Shown: positions 26,659-36,038 of the stretch, one piece after another
Position numbering within the stretch: position 1 is the first letter of the stretch
Layout of the letters: each line of letters opens with the position of its first letter
DNA from: Thermoplasmatota archaeon
GTDB taxonomy: Archaea > Thermoplasmatota > E2 > DHVEG-1
Length of the DNA: 42,623 bases
Assembly (NCBI GenBank): GCA_035562195.1
Contig: DATMWV010000291.1
Location: forward strand, 1 to 42,623
Reading direction: 5' to 3'
The notes under the pieces: model-generated
Told to the model about the DNA's origin: nothing
What the model saw: only the letters and a program-made list of their open reading frames with translations
Databases searched by the model: none
Program-made: the position numbers and the translations under genes

Positions 26659-28554
26659 TTATTTTGTTTTTTCATTCATCAGCTTATCGAACGAATAAAA
26701 CTGCAGGTTGCCGTCCGCGTCTAAATCAGCTTCTTGACTAAACACCCATTGCTTTGTCGTGATGATCTTCGGCTGAGCGTATATTCGTATTTCTCGGTTC
26801 TCTGGATGGTTCTCTTTATTAGTTAGTCTATAGACCGACCAATTCACTTTGATAGGGTCGATTGGTGAATAATCCCCGATATAATTGACAAATTGTTTGG
26901 TCAGGTTCGCATCATAGGTATAATCCGTGACTCTAAATTCGCTTTTCACCAATGTCTCTCCAGTCCCTGCAGAATAGTATGGCTCTTCGATGAGATTGGC
27001 ATTGTATTGGAAGTAGCCAACAAACATGTATCCCCAGTCGTTTTGATCGTAGGGTGGGCCGTTTTCCCCATTTGACAAGTCGAAGGTCTTTGGGCTGTTC
27101 GTATAATAATAATTGAGCACACTATGGTACTGACCCCAAGTTGACGTATATTCTTTTTTTGGTAAGATGTAGATCCCATAGCTGATGTTATCGATTCCTC
27201 CAAAATGGCAGTTATCGGCATCGATACTGCAACTATGTGCCATTTCATGCAAGAGGAGCGATCCGAGTTGCACCCGTTTCCCTCGTTCCGTTGGAATGGC
27301 GCCCCCAAGAACGAAATTAAAGATATTCTGTATTGGTTTGAACTTTGCAGATACATACGCCAGTTGTGTCGTGTCATAGATATTGTTCTTTGATGGGTGT
27401 TGGAATCCACCACCGTGGCCGATGACAAAATATCGGAAAATCCCTTTTCGTTCATCAGGGAAATAATTATTATAGAACTGTAACATCATCCCGGAGTCTT
27501 GTGATATTTTATCGATATGTGGTAGTTCTTGTCCACCGCCGTTTATTGGGCTGTTTGGCCATCCATCATCAAAGATGACCTTGATATTGTGCTCAGAGAA
27601 CCTCTCGATAACTCCTTGTTTTGTTTCTTCAAAGAAATAATGGGGCGGGTCGTTAAATCCACCCTTTCCCATGTAATCGACTTCGTAGTAGATGTTCGGG
27701 ATGAATGGGTCTGCAAACCATTTTTCCATCTGATATTCTTCGAGATTATCAATCCCATCAAGATCTGGGTCGAGGTTATTGTGGTCATCCCAGGTGAAGG
27801 GGTCAAAACCCCATTTCCACTCCCAATCCGTTGGTGCTCCATCACCGTCCGGGTCAAGTTTTGAATCGTCCACCGTTGGGTCTGTCCCTAGGACGTTTAC
27901 TTCCGTCCAATAGGGGATAAAATCACCGTCATTATCGATTTGATAAATATTAAACCAAATCTCAAAAGTCTCCCCTAAATAATACCCATATCCATCATAA
28001 TCCTTGAAATTATCCTTCCCTGACCATCGCCCGGTTCGAAAATCATAGGTGACGGTGAATGAGTCTCCTTCGACATTTTGAGTCTTACGTCCCAATAATC
28101 CAGATCTTATTTGTTCCATGATGGTAAGTGTGATAACTGATGTTTCTTGTTCCTCTGGTACGTCTTTCATGATTTTGTTTTCCTCAAACATGGTATCCCA
28201 GGTATTGAACATCACCTCAGTGGTTCTCCCATGTTGGGTCACATCTTTGCTGGCATACTCTAACCCGTCCATGTTTGAGATGAAATAGAAAGTAGGTTTG
28301 TTTTCCCAGGACTTTCCTGGTTTTAACAATTTATTGATAAGTTCTCGGTCACGGATTCGTAATATTTCAAGGACGACCCCTTGGTTCTCTAAGGGGCTGA
28401 TCCTGTCGTCTAGTTGGAATGTGGTTTGTTGAGGTGGAGTTTCCTTCTTGGTCATATAATATTCGAAATAGACATAAGTCCCAGAAACAAGTAAACAAGC
28501 AATAACAAGTAGCGAGACTCCTATCATTATTTTTTGTTTTCGTTTAACGTACAT
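26659..28554 (-). CDS. N-terminally anchored putative zinc metalloprotease (HExxH) with thrombospondin type-3-like Ca-binding repeats
   Basis: 631 aa with an N-terminal TM (IMIGVSLLVIACLLVSGTYVYF). Asp-rich repeats DPDGDGAPTDWE and DPDLDGIDNLEEY, and the HExxH motif in LLLHEMAHSCSID. Family not recognised. Confidence 0.6.
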   Translation of the reverse strand: MYVKRKQKIMIGVSLLVIACLLVSGTYVYFEYYMTKKETPPQQTTFQLDDRISPLENQGVVLEILRIRDRELINKLLKPGKSWENKPTFYFISNMDGLEYASKDVTQHGRTTEVMFNTWDTMFEENKIMKDVPEEQETSVITLTIMEQIRSGLLGRKTQNVEGDSFTVTYDFRTGRWSGKDNFKDYDGYGYYLGETFEIWFNIYQIDNDGDFIPYWTEVNVLGTDPTVDDSKLDPDGDGAPTDWEWKWGFDPFTWDDHNNLDPDLDGIDNLEEYQMEKWFADPFIPNIYYEVDYMGKGGFNDPPHYFFEETKQGVIERFSEHNIKVIFDDGWPNSPINGGGQELPHIDKISQDSGMMLQFYNNYFPDERKGIFRYFVIGHGGGFQHPSKNNIYDTTQLAYVSAKFKPIQNIFNFVLGGAIPTERGKRVQLGSLLLHEMAHSCSIDADNCHFGGIDNISYGIYILPKKEYTSTWGQYHSVLNYYYTNSPKTFDLSNGENGPPYDQNDWGYMFVGYFQYNANLIEEPYYSAGTGETLVKSEFRVTDYTYDANLTKQFVNYIGDYSPIDPIKVNWSVYRLTNKENHPENREIRIYAQPKIITTKQWVFSQEADLDADGNLQFYSFDKLMNEKTK

Positions 28555-28691
28555 GATGGTTTGCCTCCAATAGGGAATGGGATTGTATTCTTATTAATAA
28601 TATAGGTTACAATTTATATAAACTTATTGGTATTGAAAAGATATAATTCTTACTCTTTACAGAGATGAATGTATATTTCCAGTAATTTTTC

Positions 28692-29597
28692 TTAGAGGGG
28701 ACTCAATGATGTGATGAGCTCAAAGAGAATTCTGTTTAATGAGGTTTCAACCTTATGTTCTGAACCTCTTCTCAGAAGCTCTCCGTTGATAGAATCGATC
28801 TCTGTTTTTTTACCCTGTTGGATACTTTGCATCATAGAGGAATAGTTTTGTGCGGTATCCTGGATGACTTTTTTTGTTTTCTCGATCATTTCCAAGGCAG
28901 AAATGACGATCCCTTCTGAGGATGCGATTACGCTTGATTCTGTGCAGATAGACTCAACGGTCTTTTCCAACACTGGATTGTCAAGTAAATATCCATTGTT
29001 GCATCTGAGAAATGCGGTGAGCGGATTGATACTTGAGTTAATGATTGTTTTTTTCCAGATTTCCCTTTTGATATCAGTACTCATCTGGGTCTCGATTCCA
29101 GCCTGATTGAATACAGTCACAAGCGTCCTCAGTCTCTCAGAGGAATCGCCATTGAGTTCTCCGAGAATGGTTGTACCTTTGCCTGTATGCGTAATGGTGC
29201 CAGGTTTTACGAAGAGAGCCCCCTGGGTAGTTACCCCCGCAAGAATATGTTTTTTTTCGATGTACTGTTCTATTTTCTGAATATTGTTTAACCCATTTTG
29301 AAGAGAGACAACCACTGTCTGATTATTGAATAGCGAACTGAGTTGACGACTTGCTGTCTCTGTATCATATGATTTCACGGTAAGAAGAATGAGGTCTGGT
29401 GAAAAGGAGACATCTTTTATCGATTCTACCGCAGGGACCCTCACCGTGAGACGTGTTTTTCCGTTGATGAGTAAGCCTTTTTGTTGGATACAGGTGATGT
29501 GTGGAGCTCGTCCAACGAGTTCCACCTTATGTTGTTTGGCAAGGAGTGCACCAAATAATGACCCAATAGCACCTGAACCAAAAACAACAATATTCAT
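28692..29597 (-). CDS. panE: 2-dehydropantoate 2-reductase
   Basis: 301 aa with Rossmann motif IVVFGSGAIGSLFGALLA and ApbA/PanE C-terminal motifs (SSMMQSIQQGKKTEID). The start overlaps the upstream stop by 4 nt (ATGA). Confidence 0.8.
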   Translation of the reverse strand: MNIVVFGSGAIGSLFGALLAKQHKVELVGRAPHITCIQQKGLLINGKTRLTVRVPAVESIKDVSFSPDLILLTVKSYDTETASRQLSSLFNNQTVVVSLQNGLNNIQKIEQYIEKKHILAGVTTQGALFVKPGTITHTGKGTTILGELNGDSSERLRTLVTVFNQAGIETQMSTDIKREIWKKTIINSSINPLTAFLRCNNGYLLDNPVLEKTVESICTESSVIASSEGIVISALEMIEKTKKVIQDTAQNYSSMMQSIQQGKKTEIDSINGELLRRGSEHKVETSLNRILFELITSLSPL

Positions 29598-30508
29598 CGC
29601 AGTATTCCTCGGTCTTTACAATGGTTTTCAATTTCCTCTTGTGTCATTGTGATAAGTGGACTTAAGATCGGGACACTACACTTTCTTTTTAACAATGCGA
29701 TTTCAGATAATGCCTGAGATAGTGTCTCAAGTGTATGATCCGTGATTACTGCATCGCATTTTTTTTCAGAGGCAATCCTTGATACTTGCTCAGGAGATTC
29801 CTTACTTGTGAGGTCAATAGAGATACTCTCTGCATCCGCATACCAATGAGTAAGAAAAGAACGGATGACCTTCTCGTTTGATTGGTCCCCTGTCACGATA
29901 ACAATATTACATCCTCTTCTCATCAGATACCATGCTGCTAACAGCGAAGACGGGTTCTTCACCAGTGCAAGTATTTTTCCTTGGGTCCCTAATGGAAGAC
30001 CTCCGACTCCCTTAATTTTTTCTGTAAAAAGAAATGATTTCTTCTCCCTTATTTCGATAAAAAGCTCGACATCAGGATTATTGAGATCTACTGGTGCAGC
30101 TGTTGCCTGCACGATGTCATTACCAATATGTACCGCAACCTGCTGGCTTGTGAACGGATGGGTCCCTACTCGTGTCACCCGTATCGCGAAACTTTTTTGT
30201 CTGTGTACAATATTCTTTGTAAGGAGTTGAGCTATCGTGGACATGTCCTGCAGAGTGGATGTTGTTTGCAACGCTGGGCTGAATGATACGATCCCAAAAA
30301 TTCTTGGCAATACCCTGATACTTTTGGATATCTCTGTTGTAGAAAGATAGATTCTCCCTCGTTCCGTTCTGATTTCATGTGGTATATTTTCACTTATGAA
30401 TGCGTTTTTGATATTTCGTACAAGGATTGATTCGAAATACTTTCGTACGTAGGCACTCTTCAGTGAAAGCTCACCGTACCGCAGGAGAATCACATCATAG
30501 CTCATCAA
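29594..30508 (-). CDS. ThiI-like THUMP-domain protein with degenerate PP-loop
   Basis: 304 aa. ThiI-type N-terminus (VILLRYGELSLKS), a THUMP region, then GGLPLGTQGKILALVKNPSSLLAAWYLMRRG, where ThiI has the SGG(I/F)DS PP-loop. The later ThiI segment TGEslGQVASQT reads TDHTLETLSQAL here. Confidence 0.7.
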   Translation of the reverse strand: MMSYDVILLRYGELSLKSAYVRKYFESILVRNIKNAFISENIPHEIRTERGRIYLSTTEISKSIRVLPRIFGIVSFSPALQTTSTLQDMSTIAQLLTKNIVHRQKSFAIRVTRVGTHPFTSQQVAVHIGNDIVQATAAPVDLNNPDVELFIEIREKKSFLFTEKIKGVGGLPLGTQGKILALVKNPSSLLAAWYLMRRGCNIVIVTGDQSNEKVIRSFLTHWYADAESISIDLTSKESPEQVSRIASEKKCDAVITDHTLETLSQALSEIALLKRKCSVPILSPLITMTQEEIENHCKDRGILR

Positions 30509-30585
30509 TTTTCAACATCTGACTGACATACATTAACTTTTCACTGTCGAAACATTTTAGATACTTTGATGCATTATCCAGTCAT

Positions 30586-31725
30586 ATGAGTCCTTTTATT
30601 GTAGGACGTAGAAATCTAAAGAAGGGTTTCTATTCACCTCCTCTTAAAAAAACCATTCTTCAAAAACTCAAGATTGGAAAAACATTTTACCTGCTTCTTG
30701 TGTTCGTTCCGATTAGTTTTTTATTATATCTTTTCACCAAGGAAGACTCAGTTATTTTTATCACATCAGTGCTTGCTATTGTTCCTCTTGCAAGAATCAT
30801 GGGTTATTCCACAAAAGAAATTTCATTGCAGACAAACCCAACAGTAAGTGGTCTTTTTTCAGCCACATTTGGCAACGCAATAGAGTTGATTATCGCGATT
30901 CTTGCCTTGAATGCTGGCCTCATACAAGTCGTCCAAGCATCGATCATTGGGAGTATCATTGGCAATATTTTACTCCTGGTCGGACTAAGTATTTTTACTG
31001 GTGGTCTCCGCTTTAAGAATCAGCGGTTCAACAATGAAACCATCGCTGTGTCATCAACTATGCTGATTATCGTCGTGGCAGGGCTTGCGATCCCAAGTGT
31101 TTATGCGATAGTGACACCACCGACTCCTCAGATTTCTCTTCTCAGTAGTGCTGTTGCTATTGTTATGGCATTGATTTATCTCGCCGGTCTTTTCTTTTCT
31201 TTAAGGACTCATAAAGATCTTTTTGATGCCAGTGATGAGATAAAAGCAACCCAGGAAAGACCAACCATGAGTCGTCGTCTGGCTGCGTTGATTCTGTTCA
31301 TTTCTATTATCGTCGTTACTTTTGAATCTCAGATTCTTGTTGGCACCATTGAACATGCAGCACATGCGATTGGTCTGTCACAGGTGTTTATCGGCCTGGT
31401 GGTCATTGCGATTATTACGAATATCGCTGAGATATCAACCGCTGTTCATTTTTCCGTGAAAAATAAGCTTGATGTCTCTATCGAGATTGGATTGAGCAGC
31501 GCCATACAGATAGCACTCTTCGTCGTCCCGATCCTGATGCTGGTAAGCCAGGTATTTAATTATGGTTTCACGCTTGTGTTTACTCCCTTTGAAATTCTTG
31601 CAGTCATCCTGGCTGTGTTAATCGTCAACTACCTTTCAGCTGATGGAAGATGTAACTGGTTAGAAGGGGCACAGTTGATTAGTGTTTATTCCATCATCGC
31701 GATCGCGTTCTTTTTCGTCATATGA
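30586..31725 (+). CDS. Ca2+/H+ antiporter (CaCA/CAX family)
   Basis: 379 aa, polytopic. The two alpha-repeat signatures are ATFGNAIELIIA and ITNIAEISTAV. Confidence 0.85.
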   Translation: MSPFIVGRRNLKKGFYSPPLKKTILQKLKIGKTFYLLLVFVPISFLLYLFTKEDSVIFITSVLAIVPLARIMGYSTKEISLQTNPTVSGLFSATFGNAIELIIAILALNAGLIQVVQASIIGSIIGNILLLVGLSIFTGGLRFKNQRFNNETIAVSSTMLIIVVAGLAIPSVYAIVTPPTPQISLLSSAVAIVMALIYLAGLFFSLRTHKDLFDASDEIKATQERPTMSRRLAALILFISIIVVTFESQILVGTIEHAAHAIGLSQVFIGLVVIAIITNIAEISTAVHFSVKNKLDVSIEIGLSSAIQIALFVVPILMLVSQVFNYGFTLVFTPFEILAVILAVLIVNYLSADGRCNWLEGAQLISVYSIIAIAFFFVI

Positions 31726-31739
31726 TAAATGCGGTGATA

Positions 31740-32531
31740 CTACCATTCTTTCTCGAAAGTTTGTTCGACGTTTGTAATTAATTGGGGTGCCGAAAAGGAG
31801 AGGCTCATGGGTGTCAGCGAGATTTTCCCATCATTTAATGCTTTCAGATCAGAACCTTCCACCATGTTTTTATACTGTATCGGAGGTGTGCTATGAAAAA
31901 ATTTATTTCCCTTTCTATGAAATAACCTTCCGTATCGTGTACTAAATAGTGATGTGATTTTAAGTGGGGTAGTCATGGTGGCATCGAAGGGGATGTTTAG
32001 CGAAAATAAATTAACATCGCAGAATGCTTTATTCATGATGATAGTGGTCGCTTTCGTCGTGATCTTTGCTGCGTTTTCAAAGAGCATGTTGTTTTTTGGT
32101 GAATAAAAATCTGTTTTCTTATCACGCAGAGTAACAGGGATGGAAAGAGATGATGCGATGGATCGTACACCATCGATCGCTCCTTCAATTGCTGCTCCGA
32201 TTGTCCCGGAGCTCAGCGTCCTGGCCTGTCCGATGTTCAGCCCAATATTTATTCCTGAAATAATCATTTTTGGTCGATGCGTCACAATATCATATAACCC
32301 TATTTGTACGCAATCTGCAGGGGTTCCGTTGAGAAGGAACATTTCGACACCATCGTAGGTTATTTTCTTTATTTTCAGTTCCTTTTTTGTCGTGATCGCT
32401 TTACCTATCCAACTTCGTCCACAGTCAGGCACAACAGCGGTCACCGAATAGTTCTTTGACAGTTCCTTTACCAGTGTCACAAACCCTGCTGATGTGTACC
32501 CGTCATCGTTCGTCACAAGAATCTCGGTCAT
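31740..32531 (-). CDS. surE: 5'/3'-nucleotidase SurE
   Basis: Start chosen at ATG 32531 (MTEILVTNDDGY). The ORF track extends to 32594. Motifs ILVTNDDG, SGINIGLN and SGTIGAA. Confidence 0.85.
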   Translation of the reverse strand: MTEILVTNDDGYTSAGFVTLVKELSKNYSVTAVVPDCGRSWIGKAITTKKELKIKKITYDGVEMFLLNGTPADCVQIGLYDIVTHRPKMIISGINIGLNIGQARTLSSGTIGAAIEGAIDGVRSIASSLSIPVTLRDKKTDFYSPKNNMLFENAAKITTKATTIIMNKAFCDVNLFSLNIPFDATMTTPLKITSLFSTRYGRLFHRKGNKFFHSTPPIQYKNMVEGSDLKALNDGKISLTPMSLSFSAPQLITNVEQTFEKEW

Positions 32532-32626
32532 CGGCAACGGAAAAAAACAGGTGCTTAATGAAGCTTTCCGGTGGCTATACAGCTTGTTGAACATTTAAAT
32601 AGGAGCAGTCTATGAGAGACTAAAGT

Positions 32627-34222
32627 ATGATTACTAAGACAGAAAATGATCTCGATATCATCCTTATCACCGGAGAGTATTATGATGATCACCCGCTCTC
32701 CCCAGTCGGTGTCATCGCCAAAGTGCTTGATGCGAAAGGATATCGTGTTGGTATCATTGAAAAACCGGTGACGCAAGAACACTTCACTAGGTTAGGGGCT
32801 CCTCGTCTTTGTTTTGGTGTGACTTCCGGTTCCATTGATAGCATGGTTCATAACTATACTCCTTTGAAAAGAAAACGTGTTGAGGATAAATACAGCGATG
32901 CGACAACACTCCCTGACCGTGCGGTTATCTATTATTGTAATAAACTGAAGCAATATTTTAAATCCAGCGTGATAGTGATTGGTGGCATTGAAGCATCCTT
33001 ACGACGTTTCGCTCATTATGACTATTGGGATAACAACATACGACGGAGTATCTTACTTGATTCGCGGGCAAACATCCTTGTCTATGGGAATGGGGAGAAA
33101 CAGATTCTTGAGATTGCTGAACGGTTACATACGGGAAAAGAGTTAGTTGGAATACAAGGAACATGCATTCTTCAGAAAAACCTTGATTCGACCTTTGAAC
33201 TCCTTCCGTCTTTTAAGGAGGCTGCGGAGGATAAACGAAAATTCTGTGCGATGCAGATGAAGTTTTCAAATGACAAAAACCTCGCGCAGGAGTATACCAA
33301 TAGTTATGTTGTGCAGTACAAATACCCTGACTATACGACGAAGGATCTGGACTGGGTCTATTCATTGAATTACTCAAGGAAACTACACCCAAAATCCTTA
33401 TTAAAAATGGGGCGGTTTTCCGTGGTGATCCACAGAGGATGTATCGGTGCATGTAATTTTTGTTCCCTTTCTCTTCATCAGGGGAATCGTATTATTTCAC
33501 GGTCTGAGACAAACATCCTTGAAGAAATCAAACGGTTGACAACTTACCCTGGATTCAAAGGATACATCGATGACTTTGTTGGTCCCTCCTCAAATATGTA
33601 TGCCATGGTTTGTACCCGTCCACAATCAACTCCGTCATGTTCAGAAACCTGCATCCAGTGTCCGCAGCTAGATAAAACACATCAGCGTCTCATCTCATTG
33701 TTACGTAAAGCTCGACAGATCCAAGGGGTAAAAAAAATTTTTATTCGTAGCGGCATCCGCTATGATCTTGCAATGGAAAGCAGGGATTACATCAAAGAGA
33801 TCTCTGATCATCATATCTCCGGCTGTCTGAAAATCGCCCCTGAGCATTTTTCAAATACTGTCGTAGGTTTAATGGGGAAGGATAACAGGCGATTCGATGA
33901 GTTTTTATCATATTTTACTGCGATCAATCAACGGAAAAAACAATGGTTGCGATACTATTTTATGATCGGTCATCCTGGTGATACTCTGAGTGAAGTCATC
34001 TCCTTACATGACATTATCAAAAAAAGACATCTGGAGAACATTGAGCAGTTCCAGTTGTTCACCCCGACACCAATGACGGTCTCCTCCTGTATGTACTGGA
34101 CGGGATTGAATCCGTTCACCGGGAGAAAAATCAATGTGGTCTATGATTATCATACCAAGAAAAAGTTAAAAAGAATCATGCTCAATCTCCCGATGAATAA
34201 ATCAGCGGCAGACGAAGAATAA
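32627..34222 (+). CDS. YgiQ-family (UPF0313) radical SAM protein
   Basis: 531 aa with the characteristic N-terminal domain (DIILITGEYYDDHPLSPVGVIAKVL) and the radical SAM cluster motif CIGACNFC. Confidence 0.85.
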   Translation: MITKTENDLDIILITGEYYDDHPLSPVGVIAKVLDAKGYRVGIIEKPVTQEHFTRLGAPRLCFGVTSGSIDSMVHNYTPLKRKRVEDKYSDATTLPDRAVIYYCNKLKQYFKSSVIVIGGIEASLRRFAHYDYWDNNIRRSILLDSRANILVYGNGEKQILEIAERLHTGKELVGIQGTCILQKNLDSTFELLPSFKEAAEDKRKFCAMQMKFSNDKNLAQEYTNSYVVQYKYPDYTTKDLDWVYSLNYSRKLHPKSLLKMGRFSVVIHRGCIGACNFCSLSLHQGNRIISRSETNILEEIKRLTTYPGFKGYIDDFVGPSSNMYAMVCTRPQSTPSCSETCIQCPQLDKTHQRLISLLRKARQIQGVKKIFIRSGIRYDLAMESRDYIKEISDHHISGCLKIAPEHFSNTVVGLMGKDNRRFDEFLSYFTAINQRKKQWLRYYFMIGHPGDTLSEVISLHDIIKKRHLENIEQFQLFTPTPMTVSSCMYWTGLNPFTGRKINVVYDYHTKKKLKRIMLNLPMNKSAADEE

Positions 34223-34245
34223 GCATTCTCTGATGGTTTATTTTA

Positions 34246-34428
34246 TTACGTTTTATTTTTCATCTTCTGTGCGATATCCTTCTCGAGACATTCTTTGCAG
34301 CGTTCTTTATCATTTGGCCGTTGTTCACTGATTTCCCAATCAGGATTGGTCCGTACATAAACAGGGATTGCCCTACACTGAAGATGCCAATGATAAAGAG
34401 AGCCGTTTTTCTTCCAATAGTACGACAT
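34246..34428 (-). CDS. small Cys/His-containing hypothetical protein (possible zinc-binding)
   Basis: 60 aa with a strong GGAAGGAGG SD upstream of the ATG. Potential ligands occur in YHWHLQC and CKEC. Confidence 0.45.
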   Translation of the reverse strand: MSYYWKKNGSLYHWHLQCRAIPVYVRTNPDWEISEQRPNDKERCKECLEKDIAQKMKNKT

Positions 34429-34548
34429 TCTCCATTCCTCCTTCCCTAGTATGATATTCTTTATCTGTATTTAACTTTTTTTTTTCTCATTAAATCCCTG
34501 GCTTAATATACATCACCTGCGATATGGTATCAGTTGAGGTGAGAACGC

Positions 34549-34719
34549 ATGGATCAAAAACAGGTGTTGGAGCGATGGTTAAGACAGCTGAAGAAAAATG
34601 AGATCAGTCCTGATGCGGTTGGTCTTGGTCCTGATAAGGAGAAAGCCTTGCGATTTATCCGAGAAGAGCTTGAAAAAATTGAGGCGATGGAGAAAAAACA
34701 AGCCCCACCAACTCAGTAA
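34549..34719 (+). CDS. small hypothetical helical protein (56 aa), below the ORF-track length cut-off
   Basis: Hand translation gives MDQKQVLERWLRQLKKNEISPDAVGLGPDKEKALRFIREELEKIEAMEKKQAPPTQ. GAGGTGAG SD at 34536-34543. It diverges from the small ORF at 34246..34428. Confidence 0.35.
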   Translation: MDQKQVLERWLRQLKKNEISPDAVGLGPDKEKALRFIREELEKIEAMEKKQAPPTQ

Positions 34720-34727
34720 AAAAAACG

Positions 34728-36038
34728 TTATTCGTACCGCAGTGCGACCACGGGATCCATCTTTGCTGCTTTCCGTGCTGGTAATACCCCTGCAGCGATA
34801 CCGATGAGGATTCCGACAACGCTTGCGATAAGGAACCATTCTGGTGCGTAGGCTAATTGAATGGAACCAGCACTAAATGCTCCCCCAAGATTTTGTATGC
34901 TATTGTTTAAGAGGTCAACGACAAACCAGCTTCCGCTTGCACCAAGGATACAACCAGTAAGACCGCCTAATAACCCGATGACCATGGATTGATACAAGAA
35001 TAACTGCAGGATATCACGTCGTTTCGCCCCTACTGCCATCATCGTACCAATCTCTCGGGTCCTTTCAGTGACGGTCGCAAACATGATATTTGCTATCCCC
35101 ACCCCGCCGATGAGCAGAGAAATCAATGCGATTGCGGTGATATAGGTTCTGATAACACTCATGATTTTATCGACACGATCAAGGATGTACTGCTGGGTGA
35201 TGACGACAAAATCAGAGTTCTCATCTAAATACTGATTCGCATCAGAGCCTGTGCCGTTAAGGTAGCTTAATATTTCGGTTTGTGCCTCTTGGACCTGTTT
35301 TGTGTCTTTTGCTTCGGCAAGAAGAATTGTGTAGGCGACGACGCGCTTTAAAATCGAACCTGCATTTGACCCAAAATACGTTGAATAATATGGTTTTGCC
35401 GGGCAGATAATGCCTGGACTTGAAAGGGTGTTGAACATACTAAAACTCGAACCTTGTTTCAGAATTCCGACAATCTTTGCATCAAGTGTTTTTCCATCGA
35501 CTCGACGCAAATAGATTGTATCACCGACTTTCAATGGTTTATCTTTACCAAATGTCTCAACGACGTTTTTACTGATGACAATCTCATTTTTTCCTTCTTG
35601 GAACATGGTTCCTTCTTCTAATTCCATGTTCAGAATTTCGAGGATCGCTTCGGTACTTGCGTACATCGTTTCCCCGGGTCTCGACTCCCATTTGAGGAAC
35701 CCGTCTCGTTTTAAGATTTTGATAACAGGAACGATACCAATGGGGGCTACTGTTTTTATCGATGGTAAACGCTGTATATTTTCTACGTCGTTGGTTGTGA
35801 AGACGACGGAACGGATCGATAGCTGTGGTACTGCTCCGCCGGTCCCCAAGCCGACAACCATTCCGGTTGGATTGAACAGATTCCATTGTTCTGCAATAAA
35901 AGTACTAACGGAATTTCCTGCGGTTGTGACCATGATCACTGATGCAACACCGATGATGACCCCGATGAGTGTGAGAAACGTCCGTATCTTATAGGATTTC
36001 ATCGTATCAAGGGCCATTGTAAAGATGTCTCGTATCAT
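34728..36038 (-). CDS. ABC transporter permease, MacB/FtsX type
   Basis: 436 aa with an N-terminal TM, a large extracytoplasmic MacB_PCD-like domain, and a C-terminal FtsX 3-TM bundle (ERTREIGTMMAVGAKRRDI). The start overlaps the ATPase stop by 4 nt. Confidence 0.85.
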   Translation of the reverse strand: MIRDIFTMALDTMKSYKIRTFLTLIGVIIGVASVIMVTTAGNSVSTFIAEQWNLFNPTGMVVGLGTGGAVPQLSIRSVVFTTNDVENIQRLPSIKTVAPIGIVPVIKILKRDGFLKWESRPGETMYASTEAILEILNMELEEGTMFQEGKNEIVISKNVVETFGKDKPLKVGDTIYLRRVDGKTLDAKIVGILKQGSSFSMFNTLSSPGIICPAKPYYSTYFGSNAGSILKRVVAYTILLAEAKDTKQVQEAQTEILSYLNGTGSDANQYLDENSDFVVITQQYILDRVDKIMSVIRTYITAIALISLLIGGVGIANIMFATVTERTREIGTMMAVGAKRRDILQLFLYQSMVIGLLGGLTGCILGASGSWFVVDLLNNSIQNLGGAFSAGSIQLAYAPEWFLIASVVGILIGIAAGVLPARKAAKMDPVVALRYE

